The position numbers and the translations under genes were made by a program. This document shows, one piece after another, positions 57,608 through 64,000 of a stretch of 64,000 nucleotides of DNA; the stretch's first letter is position 1, and each line of letters opens with the position of its first letter. The stretch is from an uncultured SAR116 cluster alpha proteobacterium (lineage in GTDB: Bacteria; Pseudomonadota; Alphaproteobacteria; Puniceispirillales; GCA-002684695): assembly GCA_902532475.1 (NCBI GenBank), contig CACAIE010000006.1, forward strand, positions 1,569 to 65,568, in the 5' to 3' direction. Under the pieces are notes generated by a model, which had not been told where the DNA came from, made no database searches, and saw only the letters and a program-made list of their open reading frames with translations.

Positions 57608-58099
57608 ATGTATGCTGTTATTAAAACCGGTGGCAAACAATACCGTGTAGAAAATGATCAAAAAATCTTAGTGGAAAGAATAAATGCTGATGAAGGTACA
57701 ATTGTTACTTTGCCAGATTTGTTAATGGTTGTTGATTCTGGAAAAATTTCAAAAGGAAGCGAATTACAAAACATGGCTGTATCAGCAACAGTTATACGTC
57801 AAACTCGTGGGCCAAAGATTATTACTTTAAAACACAGAAGAAGAAAAAACTCTCGACGCGTCAAGGGTCATAGGCAAGACTTAACATTACTTAAAGTAGT
57901 CGGGATTGGAGATCCAAAAAAATTAGTTCTTAAAAATGAGAAGAAAGTTAAAAGTAGTAAGCCCGAAACTGAAAAAAAATCTCAAAAACCAAAAACTGAA
58001 GATAAACTAAAAAAAGAAACAAAACCAGCAAGCACAAAGAGTGTAAAAGAAGGTAAAACTTCTAAAACCAAGGTTGGCACCAAGAAAGATAAAAAATAA
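57608..58099 (+). CDS. rplU: 50S ribosomal protein L21 with a Lys-rich C-terminal extension
   Basis: MYAVIKTGGKQYRV, K.RRRKNSRR..GHRQ..T. Confidence 0.97.
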   Translation: MYAVIKTGGKQYRVENDQKILVERINADEGTIVTLPDLLMVVDSGKISKGSELQNMAVSATVIRQTRGPKIITLKHRRRKNSRRVKGHRQDLTLLKVVGIGDPKKLVLKNEKKVKSSKPETEKKSQKPKTEDKLKKETKPASTKSVKEGKTSKTKVGTKKDKK

Positions 58100-58113
58100 T
58101 TTAGGAGAAATTT

Positions 58114-58383
58114 ATGGCACATAAAAAAGCGGGAGGTAGCTCAAGAAACGGTCGTGACTCAGCTGGAAGACGTTTGGGTGTTAAAAAATTTGGTGGTGAA
58201 AAAGTTTTAGCTGGTAATATTATAATCAGGCAGAGGGGAACTAAAGTACATCCAGGAGAAAATGTTGGGATGGGTAAAGACCATACTCTTTTTGCTTTAA
58301 CTGAAGGTGTTATCAAGTTCCGTCAAAAATCTAGAGGTAGAATGTTTGTTAATGTTTCTAGTGAGGTTGAAGCAGCTGAATAA
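58114..58383 (+). CDS. rpmA: 50S ribosomal protein L27
   Basis: [39 protein letters not shown]. Confidence 0.98.
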   Translation: MAHKKAGGSSRNGRDSAGRRLGVKKFGGEKVLAGNIIIRQRGTKVHPGENVGMGKDHTLFALTEGVIKFRQKSRGRMFVNVSSEVEAAE

Positions 58384-58421
58384 AAATTAAATATTTACCC
58401 ATAACCGTTTAGGCGGTTAAA

Positions 58422-59417
58422 ATGAAATTCCTTGATGAAGTTAAAATATATTTAAGAAGTGGCAATGGAGGACCTGGCGCAGTCAGTTTCAGGCGTGAAG
58501 CCAATGTTCCGTTTGGTGGACCAGATGGTGGAGATGGTGGAAAAGGTGCTGACATAATTGTCGAATGTGTTGAAGGCCTTAATACATTAATAGATTTTAG
58601 GTATAAGCAACATTTTAAAGCAGAAACAGGGCATTCAGGGGCTGGGAGAAATAAATCTGGGCACAGTGGTAATCCAACTTTAATTAAGTTGCCCTTAGGA
58701 ACACAAATTCTTTCTGAAGATAAAGATTCATTATTAATTGATCTGGTCAAAATTGGACAAAAAGAAATTCTTCTTGAAGGGGGAAAAGGAGGCAAAGGAA
58801 ATGCTTGGTTTAAATCCTCAACCAGACAAAGTCCTAGATATTCTCAACCAGGTATTTCTGGAGAAGAGTTGTGGGTTTGGTTTCGTTTAAAATTAATTGC
58901 TGATGTGGGACTAATAGGACTTCCTAATGCAGGAAAATCAACATTTCTTTCTGTTGTAAGTGCTGCAAGACCAAAGATAGCTAGTTATCCATTTACAACA
59001 CTTCATCCAGGATTAGGTGTAGCTGAGATTGATGATCATGAGTTTATTATTGCGGATATTCCTGGTCTTATTAAGGGAGCTCATTTGGGCTTGGGTCTTG
59101 GGACTAAGTTTTTAGGCCATATAGAGAGATGCAAAGTTCTTTTGCATTTAGTAGACTGCTGTGATGAAGAACCTGTTGAATCATGGAAAGTTGTTCAAAG
59201 AGAAATAATTCAATACGGAGCTGAATTAGAAAGTAAAAAATGTATAACTGTTTTAACTAAATCAGATGCATTATTAGATGAGCTAACTGAAGAAATTCTT
59301 CAAAATTTAAAAAAAGCTGGAGCTAAAAATGTATTATATATTTCATCAATTTCTAAAAAGGGAATACCTAATCTATTAAGAAAGGCATCTAAAATAATAA
59401 CTAACTTTAAAGACTAA
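58422..59417 (+). CDS. obgE: GTPase ObgE/CgtA
   Basis: Gly-rich Obg fold (FRRE...P.GGPDGGDGG), GLPNAGKS, YPFTT, DIPG, TK.D. Confidence 0.97.
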   Translation: MKFLDEVKIYLRSGNGGPGAVSFRREANVPFGGPDGGDGGKGADIIVECVEGLNTLIDFRYKQHFKAETGHSGAGRNKSGHSGNPTLIKLPLGTQILSEDKDSLLIDLVKIGQKEILLEGGKGGKGNAWFKSSTRQSPRYSQPGISGEELWVWFRLKLIADVGLIGLPNAGKSTFLSVVSAARPKIASYPFTTLHPGLGVAEIDDHEFIIADIPGLIKGAHLGLGLGTKFLGHIERCKVLLHLVDCCDEEPVESWKVVQREIIQYGAELESKKCITVLTKSDALLDELTEEILQNLKKAGAKNVLYISSISKKGIPNLLRKASKIITNFKD

Positions 59418-59514
59418 AAAATAAATTGTATGACTAAAATTGGATAGTTAATCAAATATATGTTAAGTTATCCTCTTAAAATTAACCTAAAATAAAGTCC
59501 AGATTAAGATATTT

Positions 59515-60693
59515 ATGAGTAAAGTACCTAAAACCCCAAAAATAAAACTTGATACTGACATAGACTTAAATAAATTCTTTTCAAGCTATAAAAGAATAAT
59601 AATAAAAGTTGGAAGTTCTCTGCTTGTTGATAAAAAAACAAGAAAAATAAGAAGTGATTGGCTAGCTGCTTTTAGTAAAGATGTTTCTTCTTTACTGAAA
59701 ATTAACAAAGAAATTATCATAGTATCTTCAGGCGCAATTGCACTTGGTCGAAATTCAATTAATTCACCTGAAAATATTTTAAATCTTCAAGAAAACCAAG
59801 CAGCAGCATCTGTAGGCCAAATTGAATTGGCTTATTCATGGAAAGACGCCCTTGAAAAAGAGAAAATCAAGTGTGCGCAAATTTTACTTTCTCCAGATGA
59901 CACTGAAACTAGGAGAAGGCATCTAAATGCAAGAGCTACAATTGCAACATTGATAAAATCAAAAATAGTACCTGTTATAAATGAAAATGATACCGTTACT
60001 ACAAGTGAAATTAAATTTGGAGATAACGATAGATTGGCTGCCAGAGTTGCACAAATGTCTTCTTCTGATCTATTAATTTTATTATCTGATATAGATGGAC
60101 TATACGATAAAAATCCACATCAGTATGAAAATTCTAAACATATTCCAGTAGTTAGTGAAATTACAGACAAAATTATAAATATGGCAGGTTCCTCGCATTA
60201 TGAGCATGCGTCAGGTGGAATGATTACAAAATTAGAAGCAGCCAAAATTACTAGATTATCGGGCTGCACTCTTATAATATGTAATGGAGAGAATGAACAC
60301 TCTATTTTGAAATTGTCGCAGGGATGCAAACATACTATTTTTATAGTAAATGACACTCCATTAACAGCTAGAAAAAAATGGATTGCTGCAGGGTTAAATA
60401 TTTCAGGGAGTTTAATTGTTGATAAAGGCGCAACTGAAGCACTTAAAAAGGGGAGCTCTCTGTTGCCAGCAGGTGTAATTAAAGTGAGAGGGATTTTTGA
60501 AAAAGGGGACTTGATAGATATTTATAGTGATTACAAGACTAAAATAGCTTCTGGGTTAACATCTTATAATTCCAAAGAAGTAGAATTAATTATGGGCAAA
60601 AAAACAAAAGATATTTATCAATCACTAGGCTATTCTGGTAGAGATGAGTTAATTCATAGAGATGATTTAGTATTAAAAACATCATCGAAGTAA
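59515..60693 (+). CDS. proB: Glutamate 5-kinase
   Basis: KVGSS, VSSGA, NENDTV..EI.FGDND.L, GGM.TK, C-terminal PUA domain. Confidence 0.96.
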   Translation: MSKVPKTPKIKLDTDIDLNKFFSSYKRIIIKVGSSLLVDKKTRKIRSDWLAAFSKDVSSLLKINKEIIIVSSGAIALGRNSINSPENILNLQENQAAASVGQIELAYSWKDALEKEKIKCAQILLSPDDTETRRRHLNARATIATLIKSKIVPVINENDTVTTSEIKFGDNDRLAARVAQMSSSDLLILLSDIDGLYDKNPHQYENSKHIPVVSEITDKIINMAGSSHYEHASGGMITKLEAAKITRLSGCTLIICNGENEHSILKLSQGCKHTIFIVNDTPLTARKKWIAAGLNISGSLIVDKGATEALKKGSSLLPAGVIKVRGIFEKGDLIDIYSDYKTKIASGLTSYNSKEVELIMGKKTKDIYQSLGYSGRDELIHRDDLVLKTSSK

Positions 60694-60714
60694 AAAACAG
60701 GATAATTAATTAGT

Positions 60715-61971
60715 ATGCAAATTAATGATATTTTAAATAATATAGGTAAAAAATCCAAAGTTTCTCAAAGAGAAATTGCTGCTTCTAGCCATCAAATAAG
60801 AAAAAATATATTAAAATTATGTGCGAACAAAATCAATCAAAACACTAATCTAATTATAGAGGCAAATAAAATTGACGTTAGTGTCGCTAAGAAAAACGGA
60901 TTAAAAAATTCATATATAGATAGGCTAAATTTGGATGAAAAAAGAGTAAAAGCTATGGTGAAAAGTTTGAATGATATCTCCAAATTGCCGGACCCATTAG
61001 AAAGAAAATTAGAAGAATGGGAACGTCCAAATGGATTAAGGATAACTAGACGACCAACACCACTTGGTGTTTTGGGTGTCATCTATGAATCTAGACCTAA
61101 TGTTACAGCAGATGCAGCAGGACTGTCTATAAAATCTGGAAATTCAGTTATTTTAAAGTGTGGATCTGATAGCTTTAATTCATGTGAAATAATATCTGAA
61201 TTAATAAGAAAATCATTAACTGAATGCAAAGTCTCATCTAATGTTGTTCAATTGGTGCCATCTAAAAATAGAGAAGTCGTTGATCATATGCTAAAAATGT
61301 CAGGAATTATTGATGTAATAATTCCAAGGGGAGGAAGGTCGTTAGTTGAGAAAGTTCAAAGTGATTCAAGTGTTCCAGTTTTTTCACATCTTGAAGGCAT
61401 TTGCCATATTTATGTTGATGAATTTGCTAACTTTGAGAAATCAGTATCTGTGGTTGTGAATGGTAAAATGAGAAGAACTGGTATTTGTGGAGCTACAGAA
61501 AGTCTTCTAATTAATAGAAACATTGCCAAATCGTTTCTTCCGATAATATACTCTGATCTTAAGGCATCAGGATGTGAAATGGTTGGTGACAAAAAATCTA
61601 AATCAATCATTTCGGATATGGAACTTGCCAAGGAAGAAGATTGGTCGACTGAGTATCTTGGTCCAAAAATATCTATAAAAATTGTTGATGATATTGTTGA
61701 TGCGATTAAACATATTGAAAAATTTGGAAGCCAACATACAGATGCAATAATGACTGAAAACAAAGCAAATGCAGATATTTTTACTAAGTCGGTTGATAGT
61801 GCAATAGTTATGGTAAATGCTTCAACACAATTTGCTGATGGAGGTGAATTTGGTTTAGGAGCTGAAATTGGCATTTCAACAGGTCGCTTACATGCTAGAG
61901 GGCCAGTTAGTGCTGAACAATTGACGAGTTTTAAATATGTTGTACACGGAAATGGGCAAATCCGCCCCTAG
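60715..61971 (+). CDS. proA: Gamma-glutamyl phosphate reductase
   Basis: PLGV.G.IYESRPNVT, IPRGG, C.A.E, NAST.F.DGGEFG.GAEIGIST..LHARGP. Confidence 0.97.
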   Translation: MQINDILNNIGKKSKVSQREIAASSHQIRKNILKLCANKINQNTNLIIEANKIDVSVAKKNGLKNSYIDRLNLDEKRVKAMVKSLNDISKLPDPLERKLEEWERPNGLRITRRPTPLGVLGVIYESRPNVTADAAGLSIKSGNSVILKCGSDSFNSCEIISELIRKSLTECKVSSNVVQLVPSKNREVVDHMLKMSGIIDVIIPRGGRSLVEKVQSDSSVPVFSHLEGICHIYVDEFANFEKSVSVVVNGKMRRTGICGATESLLINRNIAKSFLPIIYSDLKASGCEMVGDKKSKSIISDMELAKEEDWSTEYLGPKISIKIVDDIVDAIKHIEKFGSQHTDAIMTENKANADIFTKSVDSAIVMVNASTQFADGGEFGLGAEIGISTGRLHARGPVSAEQLTSFKYVVHGNGQIRP

Positions 61972-62575
61972 TAGGGCCCATGAACTGCCAAATTATATTC
62001 ATGATTATAGAAAAATTAAAGTGGGGTTGATGGGTGGGTCATTTAACCCTCCTCACAAAGGTCACTATAAAATAGCTAAGTTAGCTTTGGTAAGTCTTAA
62101 TTTAGATGAAGTTTGGTGGTTGGTGAGTCCACAGAATCCATTTAAGTCTTCAAAAAACATGCTACCCCTTTCTAAAAGATTAGAGTTAACTAAAGAAAAA
62201 GCCCTTCATCCAAAATTCAAAGTTCTCAAAATTGAAAGTTTATTTAATACAACAAATACTTACAGCTTACTAAATAAAATGCTTCCTCGTTTTCCAAACA
62301 TAAAATTTTTATGGATTATGGGTTCTGACAACCTGTTTGAATTTCATAAATGGCATAAAGTAAATTTTATTTCACATTTGCTTCCTATCGCAGTAGTCAA
62401 TAGACCAAGTTTCTCTCACAGAGCATTGAATAGTAAGGGAGCATTTATTTTAAGAAATAAGATTAAAGATTGTAACTTAAAAAACCTTGTTACAAAAAAA
62501 CCTCCCGCGTGGGGTTACATAAATAATATTAGCATTAATTTTTCATCAACTTTTATTAGGGAAGCAAATCATTAG
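61952..62575 (+). CDS. nadD: Nicotinate-nucleotide adenylyltransferase
   Basis: GGSFNPPH.GH, VWW.VSPQNP.K, W.MG.DN, SST.IR; ATG 61952 overlaps the end of proA. Confidence 0.93.
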   Translation: MGKSAPSRAHELPNYIHDYRKIKVGLMGGSFNPPHKGHYKIAKLALVSLNLDEVWWLVSPQNPFKSSKNMLPLSKRLELTKEKALHPKFKVLKIESLFNTTNTYSLLNKMLPRFPNIKFLWIMGSDNLFEFHKWHKVNFISHLLPIAVVNRPSFSHRALNSKGAFILRNKIKDCNLKNLVTKKPPAWGYINNISINFSSTFIREANH

Positions 62576-62620
62576 TACTTTATAGATAATTATAATATAG
62601 TATGGATAAGGAGTTAAAAA

Positions 62621-62995
62621 ATAACAGAGCAAAATAGAAATTCTGAATATTTATATTCATTACTCGTTTCTGAGTTAGATAAGTTAAAGGCTATTGATAT
62701 ATCGGTTATAGACCTTAAAGAAAAAAGCTCTTTTGCAGACTTTATGATAGTGGCTGGAGGCAGTTCTTCAAGACATATTAGTTCCATGTCTCAAAAAATC
62801 ATAAATTTTTTAAAAAAGAAAAATTTAAAAAATATATCAATTGAAGGATTGCAAAAATCTGACTGGGTTTTGATAGATGCTGGAGATATTATTGTACATT
62901 TATTTCAATCTGAAATAAGAGAATTTTATAATTTAGAAAAAATGTGGTCTCAAAATGTTGAGGTAGAAACAGTTATGATTGGCAACGATTTTTAG
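62621..62995 (+). CDS. rsfS: Ribosome silencing factor (about 124 aa; apparent ATA start)
   Basis: Upstream in-frame KA.DI..IDL......AD.M, then S.RH, EG....WVL.D.GD..VH.F....R.FY.LE..W; AAGGAG lies 7 nt before ATA 62621. Confidence 0.92.
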   Translation: MTEQNRNSEYLYSLLVSELDKLKAIDISVIDLKEKSSFADFMIVAGGSSSRHISSMSQKIINFLKKKNLKNISIEGLQKSDWVLIDAGDIIVHLFQSEIREFYNLEKMWSQNVEVETVMIGNDF

Positions 62996-63010
62996 TTTTC
63001 TGTCTTTATT

Positions 63011-63463
63011 ATGAAATATTTAATTTCAGCTATTGGCAAGATGAAAACCTCACCGGAGGCCAAAATTTTTAATGAATATTCTAAAAGAATCAAAGATCTT
63101 ACATTATTAGAGCATGTGTCACGATTCCCAAAAGGAAAGAAAAGAATATCAGATGAAACAGAAAAGCTTTCTTCAATGTCAAATAAAAATGATAAAAATG
63201 TTTTGCTTGATCAATCGGGAAAAATTTTGTCTTCAGAGGAATTTTCTTTAGTATTATCAAAATGGAAGAATGAAGGAATTCATAGAGTGAATTTTATTAT
63301 TGGTGGTACCGAAGGTGTTGAGGAAAAGCTCAAAAATGATGTTGATTTAGTATTAAGTTTTTCAAAAATGATATTTCCCCATATGCTTTCACGTATTATG
63401 TTAATTGAACAAATCTATAGGGCAGAGTCAATAATTACTAAACATCCATACCATCGATCTTAA
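63011..63463 (+). CDS. rlmH: 23S rRNA m3-pseudouridine1915 methyltransferase
   Basis: IGK, LD..G...SSEEF, F.IGG..G, FPH.L.R.ML.EQIYRA..I...HPYH. Confidence 0.95.
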   Translation: MKYLISAIGKMKTSPEAKIFNEYSKRIKDLTLLEHVSRFPKGKKRISDETEKLSSMSNKNDKNVLLDQSGKILSSEEFSLVLSKWKNEGIHRVNFIIGGTEGVEEKLKNDVDLVLSFSKMIFPHMLSRIMLIEQIYRAESIITKHPYHRS

Positions 63464-63493
63464 TTACAACTGTTCTTTATTGGAGATTGTAAC

Positions 63494-64000
63494 ATTAAAC
63501 ATAGCAAAAATTTAAAGCCAATTACTTTTTGTGTTTTAGATGGATGGGGGATATCTAAAAACAGACTTAATAATGCAGTCCTGGAGGCTAAAACACCAAA
63601 TTTTGATTATTTAAGCAGGAAATTTCCCTGCACAAAACTATTAGCTTCAGGAAAAGATGTGGGTTTGCCAAAAGGGCAAGTAGGGAATTCAGAAGTAGGT
63701 CATATGAGCATTGGTTGTGGGCGTATTATTAAACAGGATCTCCTTAGGATAGATGAGGCCATTAAAAATAATACTCTAAGCAAAAATATTCTCATAGATA
63801 AGTTTATAAGAGACGTTTTAGAAAATAAGGGAGTGGTTCATCTTATAGGTTTAGTTAGTGATGGTGGCGTCCACTCTAAAGCCGAGCACATTCTTGAGCT
63901 TTCAAAAATCTTAGTAAACAGAAAATTAAAAGTAATTATTCATGCTTTTACTGATGGAAGAGACACACTCCCTAAAACAGCTTTAAAAACTTTAATTAAA
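63494..64000 (+). CDS. gpmI: 2,3-bisphosphoglycerate-independent phosphoglycerate mutase (5' part, cut by the window end; apparent ATT start)
   Basis: Translated by hand: KP...CVLDGWG, A.TP.FD, ASG..VGLP.GQ.GNSEVGH, SDGGVHS, HAFTDGRDT. Confidence 0.93.
   Translation, partial: MKHSKNLKPITFCVLDGWGISKNRLNNAVLEAKTPNFDYLSRKFPCTKLLASGKDVGLPKGQVGNSEVGHMSIGCGRIIKQDLLRIDEAIKNNTLSKNILIDKFIRDVLENKGVVHLIGLVSDGGVHSKAEHILELSKILVNRKLKVIIHAFTDGRDTLPKTALKTLIK

Noticed and set aside
181-61874. Many short antisense or alternative-frame ORFs in the track (e.g. 1038-1220, 9156-9485, 18674-19129, 26386-26778, 58409-58795, 61410-61874)
   Set aside because: They lie within or almost entirely overlap well-supported genes, have no motifs of their own, and are typical shadow ORFs.
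1-64000. Mobile elements, prophage, defence systems, tRNA or rRNA genes
   Set aside because: No integrase, transposase, phage, restriction-modification or toxin-antitoxin motifs, no terminal repeats and no GC-rich structural RNA segments were seen.

Overview
64 kb of chromosomal DNA from an AT-rich (roughly 30% GC by eye), densely coded bacterium. Gene content and the rplU-rpmA-obgE-proB-proA-nadD-rsfS-rlmH-gpmI order suggest a streamlined marine alphaproteobacterium; this is an inference. I found no rRNA, tRNA, CRISPR array, prophage or IS element. Most of the window is uptake and catabolic modules whose substrates cannot be read from the sequence. (1) 6.5-19.7 kb: a TMADH/histamine-dehydrogenase-like flavoenzyme, an 81-aa protein, a GcvT-type enzyme, two phytoene-desaturase-like oxidoreductases, a PotABCD-type ABC transporter, a Rieske oxygenase and an MFS transporter. 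(2) 25-35 kb: an M24-fold hydrolase lacking its metal ligands, an SDR, a Dpp-type ABC transporter, a NylB-like hydrolase and an enolase-superfamily enzyme. (3) 47-56 kb: a large PIG-L deacetylase, a sugar ABC transporter, an argininosuccinate-lyase-like enzyme and a variant glucokinase. Also present are betA, dinB, and aceA with a divergent RamB-type regulator and an operator-like array. Standout oddities are an 83-aa protein with four WNKNAxxY repeats and its own promoter and RBS, several genes that appear to start at ATT or ATA, and a few small unannotated ORFs. All calls come from motif recognition without database searches.
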